A stretch of DNA of 64,000 nt from Octopus sinensis (GCF_006345805.1 NC_043012.1:50406001-50470000), one strand, 5' to 3'; counted from the stretch's first letter, positions 40,756 through 55,678 are shown. Program-made: numbers and translations. The notes: generated from the letters alone by a model not told the origin.

Positions 40756-41848
40756 GCGAGAAAGAAGCAACAAGAATGGATAGGTTTTTAGTACTATCGT
40801 TTCATACAAGGACAGGTTTTATTAAAAGTTGCAAAGATTACAGCATATAAACGAGTCCCGTACATCAGCTAAAATACATGTAAGTTCTCTAGACATCCTA
40901 GTGTTTGAGGCTATACTCATGAAGTAATGTAGATAATTAAACAGATTTCTAAAGTTCATTAAAGTTCTTTAAAGATGATGTACAGTCTTATCACAGAATT
41001 TTAAAAAAGTTTTGATAGCATCACAGAGAAGGTGACCTAATCCATATGAATTTCCATAGATATGATGAGGGATTATATACTCACAGAAGACAAATTTATC
41101 CATTGTTAATTACAACGAGGTGGGTCTCAATTCCTGCTTATTAGCATTACAGAGAGGGTGAATTAATCCTTTGTATATATGCACAGATTCCAATGGTGTA
41201 GATGTAAATTTCCAGAGAAATGGAGATGAATTTCATATTCACAGGCGATAAATTTTACAATGGTTGAACACAATGAGGTAGGTATCAATCCTTGTTATAT
41301 GATTAAGGATATAACAAGGATTGATACCTACCTCATTGTGTTCAACCATTGTAAAATTCATCGCCTGTGAATATGAAATTCATCTCCATTTCTCTGGAAA
41401 TTTACTCTACACCATTGGAATCTGTGCATATACAAAGGATTAATTCACCCTCTCTGTAATGCTAATAAGCAGGAATTGAGACCCACCTCGTTGTAATTAA
41501 CAATGGATAAATTTGTCTTCTGTGAGTATATAATCCCTCATCATATCTATGGAAATTCATATGGATCAGGTCACCTTCTCTGTGATGCTATCAAAACTTT
41601 TTTAAAATTCTGTGATAAGACTGTACATCATCTTTAAAGAACTTTAATGAACTTTAGAAATCTGTTTAATTATCTACATTACTTCATGAGTATAGCCTCA
41701 AACACTAGGATGTCTAGAGAACTTACAGTATTTAGCTGATGAGTACGGACTCGTTATATGCTGTAATCTTTGCAACTTTTAATAAAACCTGTCCTTGTAT
41801 GAAACGATCGTACTAAAAACCTATCCAGTCTTGTTGCTTCTTTCTCGC
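40756..41848. repeat. Long palindrome, arms ~545/540 bp, 8-nt spacer
   Basis: 40756-41300 is the reverse complement of 41309-41848; spacer gattaagg; about 11 differences counted by eye. Confidence 0.95.
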
Positions 41849-41962
41849 TTATAATCACCCCACATTACTGTATGTTAAATCAGTATAGTTTTTTTTGGTG
41901 CATCTAAGTTAGGTACCATATTCAAGTAAATTTTTTAAAATAACTTGAATCTTTATTGCTCT

Positions 41963-42018
<56 letters not shown>

Positions 42019-42439
42019 ACTAGATAGATAGATATATGCACCACTCCACATATATATAGGTATATATATATATGTATCTCTCTCTCTCTCTCTCTATCTC
42101 TGTATGTATAAATATATTCCTAAATTTCTCATATCAATTGGTAACACATTAATAATAACCATTGCATGTTAGGAAAATGAGCACTATTGATATGAATGCA
42201 ATAATAATGAGGAAAAGAAAAATATGAATAAATTTATTGGCGTGCATCAGAGCAGTGTTTTATTTAATGGTCTGTCCTTGAGGCACTGGGTATGATCACC
42301 ACTTGTAATACGGGTGGCTAAAAACGACTTATAAATTAGGCTCTACGCAGCATTGTTGCTTTGAAATGAGGCACCTGTTGTTGCGGCAAGTTTCGTTGCG
42401 GCAGATGAAAGAAATTTTATGTATCTAATCACGGTATTA

Positions 42440-42737
42440 TCTTTATATATAAAAGTGAAGTTGTGTGTCTGTCTACTCCGATTTAGATTCCTAACTACTC
42501 CCACATTTTGCGGTGCAGTTTAACCAAAAGCGGGTATCTTATCGTCGTGATTCATATCGAGCCCTTCTGGGTATTAGCGCGCGTCTACGATGAGTCTACG
42601 ATAAAAAATAATATACCATCATTTTTCCGCATTATTAATGCATTTTTGGTCGGTTTATATAAGGGAAGTAACTCTCTAAAAATGCTTATATAGTTATTTC
42701 CCTTACAAACCCGAGCAACGCCGGGCGATACTGCTAG
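42440..42737 (+). mobile_element. Non-autonomous Helitron
   Basis: Inserted between A (42439) and T (42738); starts TC(tttatatataaaa), ends CTAG (42734-42737) preceded by GC-rich hairpin cccgagcaacgccggg (42710-42725); no TSD. Confidence 0.87.
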
Positions 42738-43674
42738 TAACACATAAATGAGTGTTGCATTGTAAATTATTCAAATAATATACATGACTGTACTTTGCCG
42801 ATGCAGACAGATATTTATTAGAGATTATTCAAAATGAAACTAAATCGATTAAAAGCGTTTACAGATACAGAAGGGTATGTAGTTTACTTGAATTCATCAA
42901 ATCATGTTTCGTTGTGGCGTGTGCATGGCTTCTCGCTGTCCTTCGAGGTTGGTTTATTGTAGATGTTACATCAAATACTTTTGTGTCAAGAACGTTCACT
43001 CTTTTGCCTTACAGTTTAATTTTTCTCTTGTCTACCTATTTGTGTTTGTTTCTTCCTGCAACGTTATGCATAAATCAACTTTGATTATACTCCGAGGTTT
43101 AATGATATTACTAAAAATTAAATTCTCATAGCAGATTAGGAATTGCTGTTTGAAATGAGAAAAACAAAAGTCTAGTCAATGATGTTGATTGAGTCAATGT
43201 ATCGATCAGAATGAATAAGTGAGATTGAGAAGAATCAGAGAATAAAAATCGAAGTTTTGAGATCACCGACCATGACTAGCTCATGAGCAAATGAGAGTAT
43301 ACACGTAGATGTTGAACCGTTAGAAATAGCAGAGAAGCATCCCAGAAACGATAGTCTACTATTTTCATCAACAAAAAATTCATTTGCTAATTCGATTATG
43401 TGTACCTATCCTTGCATAGACGAAAGAATTTTCTCGGTGGAATGCTTTTTCACGGATCAACTAGACCACCGCTCACGGTGTGTTACACAAGAACAGAATT
43501 CAGATGTTTTCAATGTAATAATACATATACAAACTAGAAGAACAACGATAGTTTGAGGTTTTCTTTAACTTCAGTTCAGAACTGATTGGACAAGCCTATA
43601 ATCAATTCTATACACTTTCAACACATCATTATAGATACTTATAGCTGTATTGTCCCATTTGTCTTTACTACTAA

Positions 43675-43877
43675 CCGGTGAGCAGATAGAATCGTTAGCA
43701 CGCCAGGGAAAGTTCTTACTGGTGTTTCGTCTGTCCTGAGTTGAAAGTCCTCCCTCGTTGATTTTGCCTTTCATGTTTTCTGAGTAGATAAAAGAAGTAC
43801 CATTTGAATGCTGAGGTCGACCTAATCAACTTAGCCCCAACCTCAAACTGCTGACCTTGTGCCAAAATTTGAAATCA
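43675..43877 (+). mobile_element. SINE (gttagcacgcc family)
   Basis: ggtgag..agaatcgttagcacgcc..tttcgtctgt..ctgagtt..gattttgcctttcat..gataaaagaagtacc..gccaaaatttgaaatca matches other copies. Confidence 0.8.
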
Positions 43878-46063
43878 CCTTTAGTCAGTAGCGTCTGATT
43901 TTAGGGGGCGTTGGCTACTCTATAAGACGAGTCAATTCCACATGTTCATTCTATGACTGATAGTAGATGCAACACGTAGGGCAGCAGTTTGAAGACGAGT
44001 AAATTCATTACTTGAAATCCAGTTGAATGATGGGGATGATGCCGTGGATGATAAGGAGAACGGAGAGGAGAAAGAGGAGGAGTAGATTTGTGTTATTGAT
44101 GTTCACCTACTGACATTGTTTTTTATTGTTTTTTTATTGCATAATGTCATTTCTCGTTTAATTTAAAGATTTTAGAGCTTGGTCTATATTTAGTTGTGTG
44201 CATGCGTTCATGCATATGCTGATGAGAATGCATGTATGGTATTCAGGAGTTGTTTAACTAGATAGCCTTCCGGTTGGATACTGTGCGTATTGTTTTCTTG
44301 GCTCATTCCTTCGATCAATACAATGCAATACAAATTAACAATTGTAGCATCATAGGACTTTATTGTTTGCCGGATCAATATTATACATATATTAGCAGTG
44401 AAATGGTGAGCGGGGTCGATATATTGCCGGATGTTAAGACCTGCAACTATTCAGTTAAGTCTATTTATATTCAGCGTTCAAAGAATGCCGTCGTCAACCT
44501 TGCCTTAGCAACGGGATTCTTAATCGAACCCTAAAATTAACTGAACTCAGTTAAGAAAACTACATAACACTTAACTTATACTTTTGCTTCAGATAGATTT
44601 TGAACTAGAAAGTATTTCGCACGTCATGTTAAACTCATTCCTAACTGTATTGCTACAAATAAAGATATAGTTTTCTCACTGCATCTTCAATCTAAACTGA
44701 GACATATATTTTTTTGCCTTAATTGGTGCTTTAGTAAGGAATTTTGATATATTATCAACTTAGAGGATAATATACTACATAGTTCTGCTGTCAAAACTAC
44801 AGATTTTGTATTTGTACTGAGTTATGAAAACTTCTGCATCGTCTGGAAGATATCCAGAATGCTCATATATCAATGTAATTGTATATGATATAAGATAATG
44901 CGTCCTACATCTACTAGAGTTGTTTGAATGACTTTGGATATTCCAGACGGGATAAAATGTGTTATGGTATCAGATAATTCATGTTATACTTAATAGAAAA
45001 TATATCGAACAGCAGATGTAGCACCGAGTATTCAATTGACAGAAAGTAGAATAATATCATTTAAAAAGTACAGTAATTGATAACGAATATAAGAGTCCTT
45101 TACATAAATCTCATATGACTAATGTTATTTATAGGTTTACATAAATTGACGCGTATAAAAACACATGCCTATTCACTTTGAAAATATAGGAACACTATGA
45201 CCATAACATGTAAATGTGATTCCCAAATGGCAAGCAGTTACACAAATCGATTTCCTTGTTGCAGTGATTGTTTTCCTGTATTTTCATATGATGAATTCAT
45301 TTTTAAATATAACCGAATGTTAGGCTTCAATTATTATCAAAATGCTTCGTATTAATAAAGAAGTAAAAAAAAAAACAATTGCTTCGAGATTGAATTGTAT
45401 TGAAATTAAATAAGACACACGAACTTTGCAATAAGTTAATAAGTCCCTGTCCGTAGTGAGTTGAGCAGATCTATGACAAAAGACGTTCCTGACATAACGC
45501 GATATCCAACGATTTGTATGGTGTTATTCTCAGGTTCCGGTTGATGTGTGAGTGTAATCTAAGGCGTAGGAATACCGCGTTGTTTGCTTGCACAGGTAAT
45601 AAATGTGCATAATGTTTTACATAACTTTTTAATAAATAACCTGAAAATAAGAGATGTTCTTTTACCAGAAGCAGAAGAATGATAAGAATATGGTATAGGC
45701 AGAAAAAATGACATGAACTGCTTTTCACAAAGATTGTGATACTTGGTAAACTTTAAAAAAATCTTGTAATACGTAACGAAACAATAAACAACGCTGTGCC
45801 TATACTTTAACTTAAAGCAGAAACTGTAAATAATTCTACAATGGACTTCAAGAACTAAAGAAGATATTAATTACTTTTTGTATATTGCGAATAATAAGAA
45901 TTCTCAAAGTTGATATAAGTCAGTTTTAGCTATCAGCAAATGAATGTAATTCGACTAAGATATATCCATCCACCGTCCATCTAGGCTGCAATCAATTCAA
46001 CCATCCATCATCCAGTCACACACACATATACGCACGCATATATATTTTTATGTGCGTGCATGA

Positions 46064-46113
<50 letters not shown>

Positions 46114-46125
46114 CACACACACATA

Positions 46126-46158
<33 letters not shown>

Positions 46159-46312
46159 GTGTGCGTGTATATATGTATATAAACATGCATATATATATAT
46201 ATATATATGTGTGTGTGTCTGTAGATATATATATACATTTATACCGACATTCACACATTTTCATATACATGTCTGCACGTTTGTACAATCAATCTTACAT
46301 ACATGTACATTT

Positions 46313-46415
<103 letters not shown>

Positions 46416-46772
46416 ATGTATGTATGTATGTAAGCTTGTTTGTGATGTGTCTGTGTGTGTGATTATGTGTCTATGCCTGTATGAGAGTGTGTATGATATC
46501 GGAAATTTAGATGAATTGGTGACAATTTTCTGTATATTTCATGAAAAATGCAATATCATTAACAATAATCAATGCATTGATTACTTACGACATTTATACC
46601 AGCACCAGAAATGTAATTCCGCCTTCGACTGCATCCGTAGCGAATGTTTTTGACCATTCATCACATATTTTACCATGTTCTTCGGAAATAGGAGAGATCA
46701 ATGAAAAATAATTAAATTCCACGCCTTTGTGAATTTAATATACACATTACGGTTAATTTATATTTTCTAGTA

Positions 46773-47644
46773 TACGATGTATGATCAATAAGTATCAGGA
46801 CTGTTGCCATAGTTGCGACGCTGAAGCACGCAGAGTAATGCCGCTTGGCAGACATTAAATTCTGCTGTGCATGCGCATTAAGTTTCAACGTTCTAGCTCA
46901 CTTGCGCTGTGTACAGCAATGCTTGGAAGGAAGGTATTTAGCGTGTGAGCGGCGGATTGACCAGGACAGAGAAAGTTGCCGCAGTGCTACCTGCTCAGAG
47001 GCTTACGCAAAGTGTATCGAGATGGATGTATGAGCCGCACATAAGTGTACGAGTGGTTCAGGCGTTTCTAAGATGGCTGCAAACAGCAGGACTGAGAAAA
47101 ACATCGCAGATATGCGTGCAACTGTGAGGGCAAATCGTTGGATCACCATCCGTGAGCTATCAGAGGATGTACAGATTAGTTACAGTCCAGTCAGTCCATT
47201 AACACTAAAGATTTGGGTATGAGACGCACGTCTGCATAGTTTGTGCCAAAACTAAATTGAGCTGCCACCCACCACCAAAAAAAAAAACAAAATAAAACAC
47301 AACCATTTGGGTTTCAGTTGCACACGATATCCTTGATTGTGTCGAGAACGATGAAATATTTTTGAAAACTTTGCGTAAGCCACTGAGCAGGTTTCGCCGA
47401 ACTTTCGGAAAATGTGATGCAGATTCTCTGCTCAACTTTCTGTCTTGATCAATGCGACGATGATACGCTACACACCTTGATTCAAAGCACTGTTGTAAAC
47501 AATGGAATTGAGCTAGAACGTTAAAACTTCGGGTGCATGCACAGCAGTGTTCTAAGTCAATCTAAGGCAATGTGTTTTACTTTGCGTGCTTTAGCTTTGT
47601 TACTATGGAAACAGCCAACATACTTATTGATCAGACCACGTGTA
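46773..47644 (+). mobile_element. Non-autonomous mariner with long (~200 bp) imperfect TIRs
   Basis: Left tacgatgtatgatcaataagtatcaggactgttgccatagt..gtttcaacgttctagctca matches the reverse complement of the right end; TA flanks; interior retains EWFRRF, RTEKNIADMRATVRANRWITIRELSED fragments only. Confidence 0.88.
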
Positions 47645-47721
47645 TATGTTTACATATCTATATACGTTTTGTCTGATTATCATTCAGTCTGTATGTCAGC
47701 CTTTGTGCATATCTCTCTATG

Positions 47722-47756
<35 letters not shown>

Positions 47757-47759
47757 CGC

Positions 47760-47790
<31 letters not shown>

Positions 47791-48790
47791 AGAAAAATGG
47801 AAGAGGACAATTATTCTCACGTAGTTCGAAAATATTTATATATATTTAAACTAAAAGAAGGAAAATGCACAGAGCTTACCTAGTTTTAATAATTTTCAAA
47901 AAGCGTATTATGTATGTCAAGCGGTTTCGCTTTCGCCAATCATGAGAGTGAAATTATTGTAATTTCCTATTTTCTTAAGAAGATTTTAGTCCATATTCTC
48001 TGTGGTGGAGGTGGGGGGGTTGAAAATGATATGAACCAACAGGTAGAAAAATCTAAGGAAAAGTAATTGGTGATGGTTAGTTTTTTGGACAGATGGGGTA
48101 ATTGCCTATTTTGGGGGAGGAGGCAAATAAATATACAAATAAATTTTAAGTAGTGAAATGAAATATTTTGAGTGATGTTTATGTGAACATGAAATAAATA
48201 TATACTGAGGTCATAGTTGGCTTTACGTTCATATTTAGGCGTGTTCCTTATTTGTCGATAAATATATTTTCTTTATTTTAACTTTATTGTATAGAAGTTG
48301 TTTCTTTGGACTGGTTGATGGGGGAAAACTTTGAAGCTTGTTTGGATATTACCTGCACATCTCTCTACGTTTTCACTCAAAGGAATCTGTCTGTACTGTG
48401 GTAAAAGGATCTGTTCGTTATATAGTGCAGTTCTCCTTCATATACATATGTGTGCGTGTATGTATGCATACATACAGGTACTTAAATATACAGCCACTCA
48501 CACTCATATATATATATATATATATGGATCTTTACCTTTTGACCTACAGATTTAAAAATTTACTTTTTGTAACTAGACACTTTCAAACTTCGGACAATAG
48601 GTTGAATGTGTCATATAAAACATCTTTTACTCTTAGCATTTCCGAGAAAAACTTATATTTACGAAATTATTTCAGGTTAAAGTTCTCGTATTTCGGTAAT
48701 TTCAACCAATCAATGTCGTGTATTCAGGTGAATAAAATTACTGCTGTTGCTCGTCAACAATAGCTATCGACAGAGTATATTTCGTTTGTC

Positions 48791-48847
<57 letters not shown>

Positions 48848-51800
48848 ATATATAGCACCTCACATATACGGATGCATATGCATGCTTGCTTACATGGAAT
48901 GGATTTAAACTTGCAGATGAGTAAAACTATCTCTGAGAAATTATCTTACCGTAGATGGTTAGGGTAATGTGTGTATACATGCACACAATTATACATGCTT
49001 CCATCCATACATACACACATATAGACATACACACATACATACATTCAAAATTAAAATCGATAACAATACCGACAAAATTATATCCTCCAACCAAATAAAA
49101 TAGGAACAGAAAAGTACAAGACTTACATAAGATTATAGCAAAGAACGCAACCAAAATTCGTTATTTCTTACTGAAAAGAGCTTGGTGTGTACAGTGCCTG
49201 TCCAAATGGCACGTAGCGTATATTCAATTTTAATTAATACATTAACATATTTCATATATCGAAAAGTTCACTAACACACTTAATTTTGTAGGTTAAGCAG
49301 CGCTTACCAACTATCCTTATAATATTATTGAGAAAAAATACAATTTAACTTTGATCAACAATTGCAGTGAAGACAACTCCAGGATTTAATGAAATTGTAT
49401 TTTATTAAAAACTATCACTCTCATAGTGAATTTGTAATAAACGACGAACAGTTACATAATATTTGATGAAAACCTAAAATGTGTTTTATCGTCTGGTGAA
49501 AGAAAAAAAGAATGGAGCCAGGATGTTAACTTTTGGTATATATGTTATTTTTATTACATTAATTTTCGTTGAATTTTTGCAGATATTTTATTTAATAAGA
49601 CAAATTAAAGATAAAAAGATACATTTGTATGGTCTTCATTAAGTTTTGTGTTATTTTATATTTTACGTTAAATTTGCTGAAGGCACTGAATGACTGAATT
49701 CTAACATTTAATATTTCGTAAACGTAAGACTAATGGGCAGACAATGGCAGTGTAATTTGACAACTATATTTATATACCGACACATACCCATGCGCTCGCT
49801 TATACATGCGTATGCACAATCTCGACCATATGCACTACACACACACACATACATATATATATACATTTTATATGTGTATGTATATATTTATATATATATA
49901 ATATATATGTATGTATATAGTTATAGATTCAAACATATTGAGACACACATATATATACATACATGCATATATATATAAACTTTTTACAAATTATATTTCT
50001 TGTGATTGTATACTTGAATCATAGATTCATAACAACGTTTTCATCAAATAATTTGAAATTACAATGTTGTATATTTAATTATTTCGAACTGAGACATATG
50101 TTCCACAGCTGTTACACTCCTATTGTAATTGCTTTTCTTTTTCTCCATATGTTTTACAATTTATCAATTGAATCATTAATAGGTCAGTATTGATTAAATT
50201 ACCAGTATGGAGTGTGTAGGAGGTTTGGAATATCAGCGTACTTGGTGTTGATTGGGGACCCCCAATGCACTCAATATATTCTAATGCGACGAATATTAAG
50301 TAAATAATTAACTGAGAATTTTTAGGAAAATATGTAACTTATATCGCTGGTGCTACAACGTATTGAACGAGCTGAATGAAAACCTATAGCTTACTGCTAC
50401 CATCGCCGCTGTCATCATCGTCATCGATTCGTCTTCGACATCCTTGTTGTCGTTCTCGTTGACTTTGTAGTCGTTATATGCTTCGTCCCCGCTGTCGTCT
50501 TTGACATTGTAATTATCATCAGCAGTTATATCATCATCATTACATCGTCTATATTTATCTCTTTAGTATTTTTGTAACTTGGGTTTCAGCAGCTACGTTG
50601 CCCACTCAGTCTTTCACAGTTCTTTCACAGAACTGATCCTACATAACAGCAGCAAATATTGTATTTTCGGATGTTCGGAAACATAGGAATGTGTGTGTGT
50701 TTGTGTGTGTGTGCACGTGTATGTGTGTGTATGTACATGTGTTTGTTTGAGAGAGTGAGTGTGTGTGTGCTTACGTACACGATGTTTGTGTGTATATGTG
50801 GTGTATGTGTTTGTGATGTAACTCATTAAGTGAACTGCAAGCTCTTTTGGGGAAATATGCGATCAAAGTCTTCTGTATGCATATCTGTGACCACGTTTCA
50901 TCGAGTGATCGTCAGGCTGATGTAAATTTTATAATTTCTTTTGTTTTTATTGCTTTTATTACAGCTTTTAGTCTAGTAATACTTCATGGTTTCATTGCGT
51001 TACTGAAGTGCATTAATTCAGATTTGAAGGTCCTGCACTATGCCTCCTCATATACAAAAGAATCTGACAATTTAAAGATAAATTATAGCCTTTATAAATC
51101 ACCGTTGACGAAAGCATGTTGTAACTCTTTAAAATTGTTTTATTTGCAATCATGAATTTCTGTGGATTTTCGATTTAAAAATCTAATGTACGCTTCACGT
51201 AATTTTGAAAGACCTGCATTTTTATATACTCTCATTTTAACGTAACTCACTCCGTGGTTTATATTACATCTACACATGCCAGTGGAATTTTCAGCATTTA
51301 TATGATAATTCCTTAAGGCGGACTTTCTATTGATAGAGAAGGTGTGTCGGTCATTGTGGAAATGTCAGAAATCCATAGAACATCACCTTGAATTAGACAT
51401 TTAAACAACCTTAAACTCGATCATGATCCCATACATTCCTTACCAAGAGCATCCTAGCGATTAGCAACGTGTATATTCTTCATTATACATCGTTTATTCT
51501 ACGTAAGTGTATATTTCTAACAGTTTGGCTGTTCTTTCTTTAGATATTTGGTTGTTTTGTTATCAGTAACACGAACCACAAGCAAGCAAACATGCACATA
51601 AGGATCCAGAGCAACTAGATTTTAATCCGAAAGGAAATTATTATTAAATCCATGATCATTAGAAGTGTCATATCAAATATTATATTAACCCATGATTTAT
51701 ACGAGTATGTGTCAATGATTGTAAACGAAAGTAAATGTTATATGAGGTATATCACGACATTATTATACGAGTGTCTGAAGTATATATTTTGAATGAGAAT

Positions 51801-51957
51801 ACACATACGTAATACCATAATCTGTACACGTTTATGGAACAGCAACGAATATATGTGCATGTGTGTTTGTGTATATATATATATGTGCATGTATGTATGC
51901 ATGTATGTATACACACACACACATACACACACACACACACACGCACACGCACACACA

Positions 51958-52047
<90 letters not shown>

Positions 52048-52635
52048 AGATTGACAAAGATATGTATAGAGAATTATGTATAACTTTCAGGAGATATTAC
52101 GTTCAGTTAACGAAAGTAGCGCGATTATTAATACGAGTGTCACATCTAATAAATCTTAAGAAAGCCAATTTCTTGCGGCCGTGCCTAAAAGGATCACTCT
52201 GCTAAATAGAATGTAAGCGTGTAAACCGCGAGATTTAACTACAACGTTATTTTTAATACAAAGACGCAACTAAATTCGAATTATTTTAAGCATTACTAGC
52301 ACATTCTACTGCAATGTGATTTGGGATGCATATTTCTTCACTACAATAAATTGCAATTAATAACTTAGCTTGAAATCTTGGAAACAAGAGTTTTTATCTA
52401 CACACTTATATTTTCTCATATACAAAAGACAAAAAAAAATCATATCTAGTTCTCACGGACTAAAACTAAATATCTGCTGAATAAATTGATTGTCTAGAAA
52501 CGGAACACTTTCATAAGCATAGGCCACAAATGCAAGTAACACGTTCACAATGCTTTATTAGTATTTTAGACTTCAAGTCTAGGAATAGTTATAATATTCA
52601 AATAGATGTTACACAAAGCACTGACGAACGCCAAT

Positions 52636-52694
<59 letters not shown>

Positions 52695-52768
52695 GCAGAC
52701 ACACACACGCAGACACACGCAGACACACACACATACACGCACATACACTTATATATATATGTATATAT

Positions 52769-52802
<34 letters not shown>

Positions 52803-52811
52803 ACACTATAA

Positions 52812-52940
52812 ATAAGGGTATCTCAGAGATACCACCATGCCGAAATGACAGTCAAGACCCCGACTGAACATTTCAGGGGATTCTTGCAGTCTGCTATTGA
52901 CTGCTATTTCGGTATGGTGGTATCTCTCAGATACCCTTAT
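52812..52940. mobile_element. 129-bp hairpin MITE
   Basis: 44-bp arms 52812-52855 / 52897-52940 (ataagggtatct..gataccaccat..cgaaat..cagtcaa) with few mismatches; TA-rich flanks. Confidence 0.78.
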
Positions 52941-53074
52941 AGTTTTAAATAATTATTACCTTTGTGTGGTATTTATTCCCATGCTGACCACTTGATAATA
53001 TCGATATTTAAATATCGATATTATCCTTATTTATAAATTTATATATTTATATATATATATATATATAAAACATT

Positions 53075-53146
<72 letters not shown>

Positions 53147-53774
53147 AGGAGTTTTAAATAAGTCTCATCATTGGTTCTTTAGTGTTTTCCCTAGAGTGTC
53201 ATAAAAACTTTCTCAGTAAGTAATTTTCAAACACATTAGCTTCAGTAAGGGATCATATGGTATTCATGCTAATGTATCTCATTATGGAACTGTTTAAACA
53301 AAAACAAGAGCTCGACGAGTATGTAATGGAGTTCTAAAGCCACATAGGTTAACAGTAATTGCATACTTATTACTGTAACATCAAAATAGTTGTAAGTTAT
53401 AAGTGTGTCTCAATTACACATTATTATTGTTCGGTTGTACATGCAATGTTTTTAAAAAAAATGGAACACAATGCCTACGGTGCATAACTATGATTATATC
53501 CGGGATTCTTCTGGATGATCTTCAAAAACAAAGAATATTAAAGAATCCGCATACACACTCACATAGTAACAGTTTACATATTAAAACAGATAGAGGTAAA
53601 AATACACAATGATATGTTCTATAGGACTTGAGCAAACACTGCATGTATTCTCAATTCAGGATTATTCAGTGTGATTATTTTACTTTCAGACAGATATGTT
53701 CTAAATGGAATCTATATGTGTGTGTAAGTGTATATATGCATACATACATATAACATACATACACACACACACAC

Positions 53775-53822
<48 letters not shown>

Positions 53823-54863
53823 ATATATATATATCTTTATATATATATATATTATCTAATTATATATATACACACACATATGTTTATGATGTGTATATAT
53901 ATACATATATATATATCTAATTATATATATACACACACATATGTGTATGATGTATATGTATATGTATATATATATATATATGTATATGTATGTATGTATA
54001 TATATATATTTATTTATTTATTTATATAATGTATTATTTATACAGAGCTTCATATACGGCTATTTCGTAATCATCACATAAACACTAGCGTTGATACATA
54101 TTTTTTTTCTGTTACTCTAAGTAAAATAGGGACGTAAATATCATATCGACAAAAATTGCCGACCTTCTTCGTTATATAATTCGACAAATGAAAATTACAC
54201 GCCACAACAGATAGAGACAAAATGTTATACATAATCTATATTTGTAAACGAACAATAATATGAAATATTCATGAAAAACAAAATACAACAAAAGCACCCT
54301 ACGGAAAACACGCTAAACTGATATTAATAGAAATGGACGTAAAAAGTATATTTTATTTATATAAAATAAGGATAATGACCACAATGATTCCTTATCTACC
54401 CCTATTCACATTGTGAAGCAGTGTAATTTTGTACATCCTGAAGATAACATCTCTTTGCTGTTGGCATAATTTACTTAACTTATGTTTAGTTATATATAGG
54501 GTTAGGTCTGATAGTGAAAAAATTATCTTGTTGGGGTTAAATATTATCGGGCACAATTACAGATATACAGTAGTCATAGCTTTTTCTCTTCCGTTGTTAG
54601 TTTTATAATCTAAAATGAATAAGTTTATGTGTAATCTTCGTTACCAACCCAGAGAAATATACGTATGTAACATTAGTGGGGCGGCATGCATTGAGGTTCT
54701 AATATACAACAACGGAAATTACAGAGAAAGTGAGGGCCTCTATACGTTATATATATATATATATATATATATATTTAAATCGCACATATTGGTTTGTATT
54801 ATCACATATTTGAACAGTGTAGCATTTTGGTTAAGGCTTTGCTTCGCAACTACATGGACGAGT

Positions 54864-55145
54864 GAAGGTGCGTGGCTTTAGTTAGGACATTCGGCTCACG
54901 ATCTTAAAGTCGAGATTTCAATTCCCGGCAACGCGTTGCGTCCTGGAGCAAGACACTTTATTTTACGTTGCTCCAATCCACTCAGCTGGCAAAAATGAGT
55001 AGTAACTGTATTTCAAAGGGCCGGCCTTGTCAAGGTCCGTGTCACGCTGAATCTCCCTGAGAACTACGTTAAAGTTACACGTATCAGTGGAGTGCTCAAC
55101 CATTTGCACGTTAATTTCACGAGCATGCTGTTTCGTTTATTAGTC
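54864..55145 (+). mobile_element. tRNA-derived SINE
   Basis: gaaggtgcgtggctttagttagg (degenerate A box), gatttcaattccc (B-box-like), then gtcctggagcaagacactttatttt body. Confidence 0.75.
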
Positions 55146-55678
55146 CGATATAATACCATGGGCCTTTCACTAAATACCATTTAACATAGAATCAGATGAA
55201 ACAAAGCTCTGTGAGTGAAATTTAAGAGAAGAATGCTACGTGGGAATCTGTCATTCTTATTCTATAGTGCTGCACTTAATATACATAGTGCCTCGTTGGA
55301 GGTAAAAACCTATAGTGTTGCTTTAGATATTCTCAAGAACTTTCCAATAAATAGCTGTGTTATCTTTCTCTTTAGCTGAGAACACTATAAACGCCAATTT
55401 CCGGTGACAATTTATTTGGATACATAGTGATTGGGAGTATGATGCCTCGATTGAAATGAGTATTCTTCAAAGAACTCACAATATTTTAATGAATTACGTA
55501 ACGACATTATCAATGTCTAAATTTTGAAGCAACAATCTTACAATAGGATATGTAATTATATATTGTCTTACAGAATTCCTAACGTGAGCACATATTACTC
55601 TCAGAGACAACTCTCTATTTTGGGCTAGTTTGAAACGAGGTACGTCGCAAAAGAAATCTTGTGAAGTATTACATACAT

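Noticed and set aside
41736-41760. CTGATGA followed by small hairpin (hammerhead-like start)
   Set aside because: No GAAA strand or stem I/III; the motif is not preserved in the other palindrome arm.
50847-51155. 102-aa ORF with hydrophobic stretch
   Set aside because: TTG start, no recognisable domain or splice context; compatible with chance in AT-rich DNA.
53848-53960. ~62-bp tandem duplication
   Set aside because: Lies within a TA/CA low-complexity tract; ordinary slippage.
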